The notes beneath the pieces were generated by a model. It had not been told where the DNA came from, ran no database searches, and saw only the letters and a list, made by a program, of their open reading frames with translations. 64,000 bases of DNA from the human T2T-CHM13v2.0 reference genome, Homo sapiens: assembly GCF_009914755.1 (NCBI RefSeq), contig NC_060948.1, one strand, 5' to 3'. A program made the translations under genes and the position numbers. This document shows, piece after piece, positions 44,638 to 64,000 of the stretch (its first letter is position 1; each line of letters starts with the position of its first letter).

Positions 44638-46765
44638 AGATCCATATTTTTTAAATGAAAAAAAAATTCAAAGGTACTCTGCTTAGTACAATAATCAAAT
44701 ATATAAACTGAGGAACAAAACATAACCATGAAACCTACTTATAACTGCATATGGAAAATACAGAGGATAACTTTTTAAATAACATATTTTGAAAGGCTTA
44801 ACTAGTAATTTGAAGAGTTGGCATTTGAAAGGCCAGTATGAATATACCTTCAAAGCAGCAACACAGGTTCCCCATGAGAAAAAGCAAACTCAGGGAAAAT
44901 AAAACCACAAAGGTTCAATCTCTTCTGACCTTTGAAAGACACAGCACAGACAGTGGTCCTTAGGACGAAGAGCAGGAGACCCCTAATTCCGTCACCATGG
45001 CGATAGGGCATAAACATTGCTGGGTGAGGGCACAATCCACATTGTGAGGTCCAACTGCTGCCAGGAAGACAGGAGTGCTTTTACATAGACCGAAAGGTCA
45101 TTGAAGGCTCAGAGTTTTGTTTCAAGAACTGAATCCCAAACCCACACGTTATTAGGCTGCGCTTCTTAAAACAAGTTATGAGATGGGAAAAAGGGCACCC
45201 ACAAACATACGTATACATTATGTATATAATAATATACAGTATCATATATATAATATATATAACCTATGTATAATATTCTTTTACATCCTGCATCTTATAT
45301 TATATATATTGTATAAAATATAATAATTGATAATATATAAGTTTTATATTTATACAATAAGACATATAGTATATATTATAATTTATGACATATATAATAT
45401 ATGTTATATATCATATATAGAATATATTATACGGTTAATATACGTATTAAATATAAATTATACATTATATATATTATATATAATATATCTGTTATATATA
45501 ATACCCATTATGCATAATATATATATTATGTCTATGTTATATATAGTATAAAACAACATATAATAATATATAATTGTATATAGAAAACGTGACATATAAT
45601 ATATATTATATTTTATGACATATGTAATATATATTATATATTATATAAAATACGTTGTATGTATAATACCTATATTAAATATATATTATATGACTATGTT
45701 ATTAATTACATGTCACATATGTTATATATTATATATTTTACATAGAATATACCGGTTACATACAATATATACTATGTTACCTATAATGTATAATTGATTA
45801 CATGTAAAATAAAGAATGCAATATATTATGTATAATTTATAATATACAATATGTGGAATGTGATATATATAACATATAATATATGATATATGATATACAG
45901 TATATGATAATTAACATACAATATATGATACCTAATATATATGGTATACAATATATATTTTATGATATGTATTCTATATGTTTTATATTCTGTTATATAT
46001 AACTATTTGAAATTATATATAACTGTATAATATTTTATGTAAATATGTAATATAATATATATAACTATATAATATATTATATATAAGTATATATTATGTT
46101 ATATATACTTTTATAACATAATTTGCATAAAATATCATAATATAATATATATTATATTATTTCACATTACATAATATATATTACATATCACCCAATATAA
46201 GTAACATACATAATATTATAATATAGATTATATTATGTTATATTAAATATCATTTATATCATGTATCATATATCCTATAATATATATTACACATTATATA
46301 ATATGTATGTTGTCTACTATGTGATATATATAACTATATATATAATTATATTATTATACATATAACTAGATAAACATGTAATTCTACATAATTTCATTTA
46401 TAATATATAGAATTATATAATCATATATAATTATTTATATTCTATAAAAAATTATATCATTATATAAATTATAATATAAAAAAATTATAATATGTACTAC
46501 AAATATATATATTATATATCATATATGATATAGTACCTTTGTTATATATCATAATACATATAAATGTGTATTATGTTATCTATAATTATATAATTTCATA
46601 TATAAGTTGTATAATATGTATTATATATTGTCTATGTTATGTAATATATATAGTATATATAAGCTGACACAGGATAAATATTATATACTATGACATATAA
46701 AATATATGAGGTTATATGTTACATATAAGGCATAGCACATAACATGTAATATATATCATATATAA

Positions 46766-47057
46766 TTTTTTTTTAGACAGAGTCTTGTCCTGTTGCACAG
46801 GGTGGAGTACAATGCCGCCAACTTTGCTCACTGCAACATCTGCCTGACGGGTCCAAGCGATTGTCCTCCCTCAGCCTCCCAGGTAGCTGGGACTACACCA
46901 CACTGGGACTACAGCAGCTGCCACCATGCCTAGCTAATTTTTTGGATTTTTAGTAGTGACAGCGTTTCACTGTATTGGCCAGGATGGTCTTGATCTCTTC
47001 ACCTTGTGATCCCCTTGCCTTGGCCTCCAAATTTGCTGGGATTACAGGCCTGAGCCA
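46766..47057 (-). mobile_element. Diverged Alu, copy 20 (private variants)
   Basis: Same Alu motifs; aatgccgccaac, cctgacgg, acagcagc. Confidence 0.93.
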
Positions 47058-49171
47058 AGATCCATATTTTTTAAATGAAAAAAAATTTCAAAGGTACTCT
47101 GCTTGGTACAATAATCAAATGTATAAACTGAGGAATAAAACATAACCATGAAACCTACTTATAACTGCATATGGAAAATACAGAGGATAATTTTTTAAAT
47201 AACATATTTTGAAAGCCTTAACTAGTAATTTGAAGAGTTGGCATTTGAAAGGCCAGTATGAATATACCTTCAAAGCAGCAACACAGGTTCCCCATGAGAA
47301 AAAGCAAACTCAGGGAAAATAAAACCACAAAGGTTCAATCTCTTCTGACCTTTGAAAGACACAGCACAGACAGTGGTCCTTAGGACGAAGAGCAGGAGAC
47401 CCCTAATTCCGTCACCATGGCGATAGGGCATAAACATTGCTGGGTGAGGGCACAATCCACATTGTGAGGTCCAACTGCTGCCAGGAAGACAGGAGTGCTT
47501 TTACATAGACCGAAACGTCATTGAAGGCTCAGAGTTTTATTTCAAGAACTGAATCCCAAGTCCACACGTTATTAGGCTGCGCTTCTTAAAACAAGTTATG
47601 AGATGGGAAAAAGGGCACCCACAAACATACGTAAACATTATGTATATAATAATATACAGTATCATATATATAATATATATAACCTATGTATAATATTGTT
47701 TTACATCCTGCATCTTATATTATATATATTGTATAAAATATAATAATTGATAATATATAAGTTCAATATTTATACAATATGACATATAGTATATATTATA
47801 ATTTATGACATATATAATATATGTTATATATCATATATAGAATATATTATACGGTTAATATATGTATTAAATTTAAATTATACATTATATATATTATATA
47901 TAATATATCTGTTATATATAATACCCATTATGCATAATATATATATTATGTCTATGTTATATATAGTATAAAACAACATATAATAATATATAATTGTATA
48001 TATAAAATGCGACATATAATATATATTATATTTTATGACATATGTAATATATATTATATATTATATATAATACGTTGTATGTATAATACCTATATTAAAT
48101 ATATATTATATGACTATGTTATTAATTAAATGTCACATGTGTTATATATTATATATTTTACATAGAATATACCGGTTACATACAATATATACTATGTTAC
48201 CTGTAATGTATAATTTATTACATGTAAAATAAAGAATGCAATATATTATGTAAAATTTATAATATACAATATGTGGAATGTGATATATATAACATATAAT
48301 ATATGATATATGATATATGATATACAGTATATGATATATAACATACAATATATGATACCTAATATATATGGTATACAATATATATTTTATGATATGTATT
48401 CTCTATGTTTTATATTCTGTTATATATAACTATTTGAAATTATATATAACTGTATAATATTTTATGTAAATATGTAATATAATATATATAACTATATAAT
48501 ATATTATATATAACTATATATTATGTTATATATATTCTTTTATAACATAATTTACATAAAATATCATAATATAATATATATTATATTATTTCATATTACA
48601 TAATATATATTACATATCACCCAATATAAGTAACATACATAATATTATAATATAGATTATGTTATGTTATATTAAATATCATATATATCATGTATCATAT
48701 ATTCTATAATATATATTATACATTATATAATATGTATGTTGTCTATTATGTGATATATATAACTATATATATAATTACATTATTATACATATAACTAGAT
48801 AAACATGTAATTTTACATATTTTCATTTATAATATATAGAATTATATAATCATATATAATTATTTATATTCAATAAAATATTATATCATTATATAAATTA
48901 TAATATATAAAAATTATAATATGTACTACAAATATATATATTATATATCATATATGATATAGTACCTTTGTTATATTTCATAATACATATAAATGTGTAT
49001 TATGTTATCTATAATTATATAATTACATATATAAGGTGTATAATATGTATCATATATTATATATGTTATGTAATATATATAGTATATATAAGATGACACA
49101 GGATAAATATTATATACTATGACATATAAAATATATGAGGTTATATGTTACATATAAGGCATAGCACATAA

Positions 49172-49486
<315 letters not shown>

Positions 49487-51590
49487 AGATCCATATTTTT
49501 TAAATGAAAAAAAATTTCAAAGGTACTCTGCTTGGTACAATAATCAAATGTATAAACTGAGGAATAAAACATAACCATGAAACCTACTTATAACTGCATA
49601 TGGAAAATACAGAGGATAATTTTTTAAATAACATATTTTGAAAGCCTTAACTAGTAATTTGAAGAGTTGGCATTTGAAAGGCCAGTATGAATATACCTTC
49701 AAAGCAGCAACACAGGTTCCCCATGAGAAAAAGCAAACACAGGGAAAATAAAAACACAAAGGTTCAATCTCTTCTGACCTTTGAAAGACACAGCACAGAC
49801 AGTGGTCCTTAGGACGAAGAGCAGGAGACCCCTAATTCCGTCACCATGGCGATAGGGCATAAACATTGCTGGGTGAGGGCACAATCCACATTGTGAGGTC
49901 CAACTGCTGCCAGGAAGACAGGAGTGCTTTTACATAGACCGAAAGGTCATTGAAGGCTCAGAGTTTTGTTTCAAGAACTGAATCCCAAGCCCACACGTTA
50001 TTAGGCTGCGCTTCTTAAAACAAGTTATGAGATGGGAAAAAGGGCACCCACAAACATACGTATACATTATGTATATAATAATATACAGTATCATATATAT
50101 ACTATATATAACCTATGTATAATATTGTTTTACATCCTGCATCTTATGTTATATATATTGTATAAAATATAATAATTGATAATATATAAGTTTTATAAAT
50201 ATACAATATGACATATAGTATATATTATAATTTATGACATATATAATATATGTTATATGTCATATATAGAATATATTATACGGTTAATATACGTATTAAA
50301 TATAAATTATACATTATATATATTATATATAATATATCTGTTATATATAATACCCATTATGCATAATATATATATTATGTCTATGTTATATATAGTATAA
50401 AACAACATATAATAATATATAATTGTATATATAAAATGCGACATATAACATATATTATATTTTATAACATATGTAATATATATTATATATTATATATAAT
50501 ATGTTGTATGTATAATACCTATATTAAATATATATTATTTGACTATGTTATTAATTACATGTCACATGTGTTATATATTGTATATTTTACATAGAATATA
50601 TCGGTTACATACAATATATACTATGTTACCTATAATGTATAATTTATTACATGTAAAATAAAGAATGCAATATATTATGTATAATTTATAATATACCATA
50701 TGTGGAATGGATATATATAACATATAATATATGATATATGATATACAGTATATGATATATAACATACAATATATGATTCCTAATATATATGGTATACAAT
50801 ATATATTTTATGATATGTATTCTATATGTTTTATATTCTGTTATATATAACTATTTGAAATTATATATAACTGTATAATATTTTATGTAAATATGTAATA
50901 TAATATATATAACTATATAATATATTATATATAACTATATATTATGTTATATATACTTTCATAACATAATTTACATAAAATATCATAATATAATATATAT
51001 TATATTATTTCATATTACATAATATATATTACATATCACCCAATATAACTAACATACATAATATTATAATATAGATTATATTATGTTATATTAAATATCA
51101 TATAAATCATGTATCATATATTCTATAATATATATTACACATTATATAATATGTATGTTGTCTATTATGTGATATATATAACTATATATATAATTATATT
51201 TTTATACATATAACTAGATAAACATGTAATTCTACATATTTTCATTTATAATATGTAGAATTATATAATCATATATAATTATTTATATTCTATAAAAAAT
51301 TTTATCATTACATAAATTATAATATATAAAAATTATAATATGTACTACAAATATATATATTATATATCATATATGATATAGTACCTTTGTTATATATCAT
51401 AATACATATAAATGTGTATTATGTTATCTATAATTATATAATTTCATATATAAGATGTATAATATGTATCATATATTATATATGTTATGTAATATATATA
51501 GTATATATAAGATGACACAGGATAAATATTATATACTATGACATATAAAATATATCAGGTTATATGTTACATATAAGGCATAGCACATAA

Positions 51591-51905
<315 letters not shown>

Positions 51906-54010
51906 AGATCCATATTTTTTAAATGAAAAAAAATTTCAAAGGTACTCTGCTTGGTACAATAATCAAATGTATAAACTGAGGAATAAAACATAACCATGAA
52001 ACCTACTTATAACTGCATATGGAAAATACAGAGGATAATTTTTTAAATAACATATTTTGAAAGCCTTAACTAGTAATTTGAAGAGCTGGCATTTGAAAGG
52101 CCAGTATGAATATACATTCAAATCAGCAACACAGGTTCCCCATGAGAAAAAGCAAACACAGGGAAAATAAAAACACAAAGGTTCAATCTCTTCTGACCTT
52201 TGAAAGACACAGCACAGACAGTGGTCCTTAGGACGAAGAGCAGGAGACCCCTAATTCCGTCACCATGGCGATAGGGCATAAACATTGCTGGGTGAGGGCA
52301 CAATCCACATTGTGAGGTCCAACTGCTGCCAGGAAGACAGGAGTGCTTTTACATAGACCGAAAGGTCATTGAAGGCTCAGAGTTTTGTTTCAAGAACTGA
52401 ATCCCAAGCCCACACGTTATTAGGCTGCGCTTCTTAAAACAAGTTATGAGATGGGAAAAAGGGCACCCACAAACATACGTATACATTATGTATATAATAA
52501 TATACAGTGTCATATATTTAATATATATAACCTATGTATAATATTGTTTTACATCCTGCATCTTATGTTATATATATTGTATAAAATATAATAATTGATA
52601 ATATATAAGTTTTATAATTATACAATATGACATATAGTATATATTATAATTTATGACATATATAATATATGTTATATGTCATATATAGAATATATTATAC
52701 GGTTAATATACGTATTAAATATAAATTACACATTATATATATTATATATAATATATCTGTTATATATAATACCCATTATGCATAATATATATATTATGTC
52801 TATGTTATATATAGTATAAAACAACATATAATAATATATAATTGTATATATAAAATGCGACATATAATATATATTATATTTTATAACATATGTAATATAT
52901 ATTATATATTATATATAATACGTTGTATGTATAATACCTATATTAAATATATATTATATGACTATGTTATTAATTACATGTCACATGTGTTATATATTAT
53001 ATATTTTACATAGAATATACCGGTTACATACAATATATACTATGTTACCTATAATGTATAATTTATTACATGTAAAATAAAGAATGCAATATATTATGTA
53101 TAATTTATAATATACCATATGTGGAATGTGATATATATAACATATAATATATGATATATGATATACAGTATATGATATATAACATACAATATATGATTCC
53201 TAATATATATTGTATACAATATATATTTTATGATATGTATTCTATATGTTTTATATTCTGTTATATATAACTATTTGAAATTATATATAACTGTATAATA
53301 TTTTATGTAAATATGTAATATAATATATATAACTATATAATATATTACATATAACTATATATTATGTTATATATACTTTTATAACATAATTTACATAAAA
53401 TATCATAATGTAATATATATTATATTATTTCATATTACATAATATATATTACATATCACCCAATATAACTAACATACATAATATTATAATATAGATTATA
53501 TTGTGTTATATTAAATATCATATATATCATGTATCATATATTCTATAATATATATTACACATTATATAATATGTATGTTGTCTATTATGTGATATATATA
53601 ACTATATATATAATTATATTTTTATACATATAACTAGATAAACATGTAATTCTACATATTTTCATTTATAATATGTAGAATTATATAATCATATATAATT
53701 ATTTATATTCTATAAAAAATTTTATCATTATATAAATTATAATATATAAAAATTATAATATGTACTACAAATATATATATTATATATCATATATGATATA
53801 GTACCTTTGTTATATATCATAATACATATAAATGTGTATTATGTTATCTATAATTATATAATTTCATATATAAGATGTATAATATGTATCATATATTATA
53901 TATGTTATGTAATATATATAGTATATATAAGATGACACAGGATAAATATTATATACTATGACATATAAAATATATCAGGTTATATGTTACATATAAGGCA
54001 TAGCACATAA

Positions 54011-54325
<315 letters not shown>

Positions 54326-56430
54326 AGATCCATATTTTTTAAATGAAAAAAAATTTCAAAGGTACTCTGCTTGGTACAATAATCAAATGTATAAACTGAG
54401 GAATAAAACATAACCATGAAACCTACTTATAACTGCATATGGAAAATACAGAGGATAATTTTTTAAATAACATATTTTGAAAGCCTTAACTAACAATTTG
54501 AAGAGTTGGCATTTGAAAGGCCAGTATGAATATACCTTCAAATCAGCAACACAGGTTCCCCATGAGAAAAAGCAAACACAGGGAAAATAAAAACACAAAG
54601 GTTCAATCTCTTTTGACCTTTGAAAGACACAGCACAGACAGTGGTCCTTAGGACGAAGAGCAGGAGACCCCTAATTCCGTCACCATGGCGATAGGGCATA
54701 AACATTGCTGGGTGAGGGCACAATCCACATTGTGAGGTCCAACTGCTGCCAGGAAGACAGGAGTGCTTTTACATAGACCGAAAGGTCATTGAAGGCTCAG
54801 AGTTTTGTTTCAAGAACTGAATCCCAAGCCCACACGTTATTAGGCTGCGCTTCTTAAAACAAGTTATGAGATGGGAAAAAGGGCACCCACAAACATACGT
54901 ATACATTATGTATATAATAATATACAGTATCATATATATAATATATATAACCTATGTATAATATTGTTTTACATCCTGCATCTTATGTTATATATATTGT
55001 ATAAAATATAATAATTGATAATATATAAGATTTATAATTATACAATATGACATATAGTATATATTATAATTTATGACATATATAATATATGTTATATATC
55101 ATATGTAGAATATATTATACGGTTAATATACGTATTAAATATAAATTATACATTATATATATTATATATAATATATCTGTTATATATAATACACATTATG
55201 CATAATATATATATTATGTCTATGTTATATATAGTATAAAACAACATATAATAATGTATAATTGTATATATAAAATGCGACATATAATATATATTTTATT
55301 TTATAACATATGTAATATATACTATATATTATATATAATACGTTGTATGTATAATACCTATATTAAATATATATTATATGACTATGTTATTAATTACATG
55401 TCACATGTGTTATATATTATACATTTTACATAGAATATACCGGTTACATACAATATATACTATGTTACCTATAATGTGTAATTTATTACATGTAAAATAA
55501 AGAATGCAATATATTATGTATAATTTATAATATACAATATGTGGAATGTGATATAGATAACATATAATATATGATATATGATATACAGTATATGATATAT
55601 AACATACAATATATGATTCCTAATATATATGGTACACAATATATATTTTATGATATGTATTCTATATGTTTTATATTCTGTTATATATAACTATTTGAAA
55701 TTATATATAACTGTATAATATTTTATGTAAATATGTAATATAATATATATAACTATATAATATATTATATATAACTATATATTATGTTATATATACTTTC
55801 ATAACATAATTTACATAAAATATCATAATATAATATATATTATATTATTTCATATTACATAATATATATTACATATCACCCAATATAACTAACATACATA
55901 ATATTATAATATAGATTATATTGTGTTATATTAAATATCATATAAATCATGTATCATATATTCTATAATATATATTACACATTATATAATATGTATGTTG
56001 TCTATTATGTGATATATATAACTATATATATAATTATATTTTTATACATATAACTAGATAAACATGTAATTCTACATATTTTCATTTATAATATGTAGAA
56101 TTATATAATCATATATAATTATTTATATTTTATAAAAAATTTTATCATTACATAAATTATAATATATAAAAATTATAATATGTACTACAAATATATATAT
56201 TATATATCATATATGATATAGTACCTTTGTTATATATCATAATACATATAAATGTGTATTATGTTATCTATAATTATATAATTTCATATATAAGATGTAT
56301 AATATGTATCATATATTATATATGTTATGTAATATATATAGTATATATAAGATGACACAGGATAAGTATTATATACTATGACATATAAAATATATCAGGT
56401 TATATGTTACATATAAGGCATAGCACATAA

Positions 56431-56745
<315 letters not shown>

Positions 56746-58850
56746 AGATCCATATTTTTTAAATGAAAAAAAATTTCAAAGGTACTCTGCTTGGTACAAT
56801 AATCAAATGTATAAACTGAGGAATAAAACATAACCATGAAACCTACTTATAACTGCATATGGAAAATACAGAGGATAATTTTTTAAATAACATATTTTGA
56901 AAGCCTTAACTAGTAATTTGAAGAGCTGGCATTTGAAAGGCCAGTATGAATATACATTCAAATCAGCAACACAGGTTCCCCATGAGAAAAAGCAAACACA
57001 GGGAAAATAAAAACACAAAGGTTCAATCTCTTCTGACCTTTGAAAGACACAGCACAGACAGTGGTCCTTAGGACGAAGAGCAGGAGACCCCTAATTCCGT
57101 CACCATGGCGATAGGGCATAAACATTGCTGGGTGAGGGCACAATCCACATTGTGAGGTCCAACTGCTGCCAGGAAGACAGGAGTGCTTTTACATAGACCG
57201 AAAGGTCATTGAAGGCTCAGAGTTTTGTTTCAAGAACTGAATCCCAAGCCCACACGTTATTAGGCTGCGCTTCTTAAAACAAGTTATGAGATGGGAAAAA
57301 GGGCACCCACAAACATACGTATACATTATGTATATAATAATATACAGTGTCATATATTTAATATATATAACCTATGTATAATATTGTTTTACATCCTGCA
57401 TCTTATGTTATATATATTGTATAAAATATAATAATTGATAATATATAAGTTTTATAATTATACAATATGACATATAGTATATATTATAATTTATGACATA
57501 TATAATATATGTTATATGTCATATATAGAATATATTATACGGTTAATATACGTATTAAATATAAATTACACATTATATATATTATATATAATATATCTGT
57601 TATATATAATACCCATTATGCATAATATATATATTATGTCTATGTTATATATAGTATAAAACAACATATAATAATATATAATTGTATATATAAAATGCGA
57701 CATATAATATATATTATATTTTATAACATATGTAATATATATTATATATTATATATAATACGTTGTATGTATAATACCTATATTAAATATATATTATATG
57801 ACTATGTTATTAATTACATGTCACATGTGTTATATATTATATATTTTACATAGAATATACCGGTTACATACAATATATACTATGTTACCTATAATGTATA
57901 ATTTATTACATGTAAAATAAAGAATGCAATATATTATGTATAATTTATAATATACCATATGTGGAATGTGATATATATAACATATAATATATGATATATG
58001 ATATACAGTATATGATATATAACATACAATATATGATTCCTAATATATATTGTATACAATATATATTTTATGATATGTATTCTATATGTTTTATATTCTG
58101 TTATATATAACTATTTGAAATTATATATAACTGTATAATATTTTATGTAAATATGTAATATAATATATATAACTATATAATATATTACATATAACTATAT
58201 ATTATGTTATATATACTTTTATAACATAATTTACATAAAATATCATAATGTAATATATATTATATTATTTCATATTACATAATATATATTACATATCACC
58301 CAATATAACTAACATACATAATATTATAATATAGATTATATTGTGTTATATTAAATATCATATATATCATGTATCATATATTCTATAATATATATTACAC
58401 ATTATATAATATGTATGTTGTCTATTATGTGATATATATAACTATATATATAATTATATTTTTATACATATAACTAGATAAACATGTAATTCTACATATT
58501 TTCATTTATAATATGTAGAATTATATAATCATATATAATTATTTATATTCTATAAAAAATTTTATCATTATATAAATTATAATATATAAAAATTATAATA
58601 TGTACTACAAATATATATATTATATATCATATATGATATAGTACCTTTGTTATATATCGTAATACATATAAATGTGTATTATGTTATCTATAATTATATA
58701 ATTTCATATATAAGATGTATAATATGTATCATATATTATATATGTTATGTAATATATATAGTATATATAAGATGACACAGGATAAATATTATATACTATG
58801 ACATATAAAATATATCAGGTTATATGTTACATATAAGGCATAGCACATAA

Positions 58851-59165
<315 letters not shown>

Positions 59166-61293
59166 AGATCCATATTTTTTAAATGAAAAAAAATTTCAAA
59201 GGTACTCTGCTTGGTACAATAATCAAATGTATAAACTGAGGAATAAAACATAACCATGAAACCTACTTATAACTGCATATGGAAAATACAGAGGATAATT
59301 TTTTAAATAACATATTTTGAAAGCCTTAACTAGTAATTTGAAGAGTTGGCATTTGAAAGGCCAGTATGAATATACCTTCAAATCAGCAACACAGGTTCCC
59401 CATGAGAAAAAGCAAACACAGGGAAAATAAAAACACAAAGGTTCAATCTCTTTTGACCTTTGAAAGACACAGCACAGACAGTGGTCCTTAGGACGAAGAG
59501 CAGGAGACCCCTAATTCCGTCACCATGGCGATAGGGCATAAACATTGCTGGGTGAGGGCACAATCCACATTGTGAGGTCCAACTGCTGCCAGGAAGACAG
59601 GAGTGCTTTTACATAGACCGAAAGGTCATTGAAGGCTCAGAGTTTTGTTTCAAGAACTGAATCCCAAGCCCACACGTTATTAGGCTGCGCTTCTTAAAAC
59701 AAGTTATGAGATGGGAAAAAGGGCACCCACAAACATACGTATACATTATGTATATAATAATATACAGTATCATATATATAATATATATAACCTATGTATA
59801 ATATTGTTTTACATCCTGCATCTTATGTTATATATATTGTATAAAATATAATAATTGATAATATATAAGATTTATAATTATACAATATGTCATATAGTAT
59901 ATATTATAATTTATGACATATATAATATATGTTATATATCATATGTAGAATATATTATACGGTTAATATACGTATTAAATATAAATTATACATTATATAT
60001 ATTATATATAATATATCTGTTATATATAATACACATTATGCATAATATATATATTATGTCTATGTTATATATAGTACAAAACAACATATAATAATGTATA
60101 ATTGTATATATAAAATGCGACATATAATATATATTATATTTTATAACATATGTAATATATACTATATATTATATATAATACGTTGTATGTATAATACCTA
60201 TATTAAATATATATTATATGACTATGTTATTAATTACATGTCACATGTGTTATATATTATACATTTTACATAGAATATACCGGTTACATACAATATATAC
60301 TATGTTACCTATAATGTGTAATTTATTACATGTAAAATAAAGAATGCAATATATTATGTATAATTTATAATATACAATATGTGGAATGTGATATATATAA
60401 CATATAATATATGATATATGATATACAGTATATGATATATAACATACAATATATGATTCCTAATATATATGGTATACAATATATATTTTATGATATGTAT
60501 TCTATATGTTTTATATTCTGTTATATATAACTATTTGAAATTATATATAACTGTATAATATTTTATGTAAATATGTAATATAATATATATAACTATATAA
60601 TATATTATAGATAACTATATATTATGTTATATATACTTTTATAACATAATTTACATAAAATATCATAATATAATATATATTATATTATTTCATATTACAT
60701 AATATATATTACATATCACCCAATATAACTAACATACATAATATTATAATATAGATTATATTGTGTTATATTAAATATCATATATATCATGTATCATATA
60801 TTCTATAATATATATTACACATTATATAATATGTATGTTGTCTATTATGTGATATATATAACTATATATATAATTATATTTTTATACATATAACTAGATA
60901 AACATGTAATTCTACATATTTTCATTTATAATATGTAGAATTATATAATCATATATAATTATTTATATTCTATAAAAAATTTTATCATTATATAAATTAT
61001 AATATATAAAAATTATAATATGTACTACAAATATATATATTATATATCATATATGATATAGTACCTTTGTTATATATCATAATACATATAAATGTGTATT
61101 ATGTTATCTATAATTATATAATTTCATATATAAGATGTATAATATGTATCATATATTATATATGTTATGTAATATATATAGTATATATAAGATGACACAG
61201 GATAAATATTATATACTATGACATATAAAATATATCAGGTTATATGTTACATATAAGGCATAGCACATAACATGTAATATGTATCATATATAA

Positions 61294-61585
61294 TTTTTTT
61301 TTAGACAGAATCTTGTCCTGTTGCACAGGGTGGGGTACAATGGCGCCATCTTTGCTCACTGCAACTTCTGCCTCATGGGTCCAAGCGATTGTCCTCCCTC
61401 AGCCTCCCAGGTAGCTGGGACTACACCACACTGGGACTACACCAGCTGCCACCATGCCTAGCTAATTTTTTGTATTTTTAGTAGTGACAATGTTTCACTG
61501 TATTGGCCAGGATGGTCTTGATCTCTTTACCTTGTGATCCCCTTGCCTTGGCCTCCAAATTTGCTGGGATTACAGGCCTGAGCCA
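61294..61585 (-). mobile_element. Diverged Alu, copy 26 (F with a cluster of private variants)
   Basis: Same Alu motifs; catgggt, tgtattttta, gacaatg, ctttac. Confidence 0.93.
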
Positions 61586-63690
61586 AGATCCATATTTTTT
61601 AAATGAAAAAGAATTTCAAAGGTACTCTGCTTGGTACAATAATCAAATGTATAAACTGAGGAATAAAACATAACCATGAAACCTACTTATAACTGCATAT
61701 GGAAAATACAGAGGATAATTTTTTAAATAACATATTTTGAAAGCCTTAACTAGTAATTTGAAGAGTTGGCATTTGAAAGGCCAGTATGAATATACCTTCA
61801 AAGCAGCAACACAGGTTCCCCATGAGAAAAAGCAAACACAGGGAAAATAAAAACACAAAGGTTCAATCTCTTCTGACCTTTGAAAGACACAGCACAGACA
61901 GTGGTCCTTAGGACGAAGAGCAGGAGACCCCTAATTCCGTCACCATGGCGATAGGGCATAAACATTGCTGGGTGAGGGCACAATCCACATTGTGAGGTCC
62001 AACTGCTGCCAGGAAGACAGGAGTGCTTTTACATAGACCGAAAGGTCATTGAAGGCTGAGAGTTTTGTTTCAAGAACTGAATCCCAAGCCCACACGTTAT
62101 TAGGCTGCGCTTCTTAAAACAAGTTATGAGATGGGAAAAAGGGCACCCACAAACATACGTATACATTATGTATATAATAATATACAGTATCATATATATA
62201 ATATATATAACCTATGTATAATATTGTTTTACATCCTGCATCTTATGTTATATATATTGTATAAAATATAATAATTGATAATATATAAGTTTTATAATTA
62301 TACAATATGACATATAGTATATATTATAATTTATGACATATATAATATATGTTATATATCATATGTAGAATATATTATACGGTTAATATACGTATTAAAT
62401 ATAAATTATACATTATATATATTATATATAATATATCTGTTATATATAATACCCATTATGCATAATATATATATTATGTCTATGTTATATATAGTATAAA
62501 ACAACATATAATAATATATAATTGTATATATAAAATGCGACAGATAATATATATTATATTTTATAACATATGTAATATATATTATATATTATATATAATA
62601 CGTTGTATGTATAATACCTATATTAAATATATATTATATGACTATGTTATTAATTACATGTCACATGTGTTATATATTATATATTTTACATAGAATATAC
62701 CGGTTACATACAATATATACTATGTTACCTATAATGTGTAATTTATTACATGTAAAATAAAGAATGCAATATATTATGTATAATTTATAATATACAATAT
62801 GTGGAATGTGATATATATAACATATAATATATGATATATGATATACAGTATATGATATATAACATACAATATATGATTCCTAATATATATGGTATACAAT
62901 ATATATTTTATGATATGTATTCTATATGTTTTATATTCTGTTATATATAACTATTTGAAATTATATATAACTGTATAATATTTTATGTAAATATGTAATA
63001 TAATATATATAACTATATAATATATTATAGATAACTATATATTATGTTATATATAATTTTATAACATAATTTACATAAAATATCATAATATAATATATAT
63101 TATATTATTTCATATTACATAATATATATTACATATCACCCAATATAACTAACATACATAATATTATAACATAGATTATATTGTGTTATATTAAATATCA
63201 TATATATCATTTATCATATATTCTATAATATATATTACACATTATATAATATGTATGTTGTCTATTATGTGATATATATAACTATATATATAATTATATT
63301 TTTATACATATAACTAGATAAACATGTAATTCTACATATTTTCATTTATAATATGTAGAATTATATAATCATATATAATTATTTATATTCTATAAAAAAT
63401 TTTATCATTATATAAATTATAATATATAAAAATTATAATATGTACTACAAATATATATATTATATATCATATATGATATAGTACCTTTGTTATATATCAT
63501 AATACATATAAATGTGTATTATGTTATCTATAATTATATAATTTCATATAAAAGATGTATAACATGTATCATATATTATATATGTTATGTAATATATATA
63601 GTATATATAAGATGACACAGGATAAATATTATATACTATGACATATAAAATATATCAGGTTATATGTTACATATAAGGCATAGCACATAA

Positions 63691-64000
<310 letters not shown>

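Overview
The whole 64 kb window is one uninterrupted, head-to-tail tandem array of a ~2.42 kb composite unit (about 26.5 copies; spacings measured from the recurring marker ORF are 2414-2429 bp). Each unit has a ~1.55 kb very AT-rich degenerate (TA)n-like tract, a ~292 bp diverged Alu on the minus strand that lacks ~12 nt at its 5' end and carries a 16-bp internal duplication, and a ~570 bp more GC-balanced segment matching the HSATI component. This architecture matches the human DYZ2/HSat1B satellite, best known from Yq12 heterochromatin (small HSat1B arrays also occur on acrocentric p-arms, so the chromosome is inferred). I see no credible gene, RNA gene, CRISPR array or new biological system; all track ORFs are repeat artefacts. 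The real signal is the array's internal history: three variant domains, recent monomer and dimer duplications, 3-, 7- and 10-unit long-range matches, recombinant units and a possible conversion tract. Variant comparisons were made by eye and need alignment to confirm.
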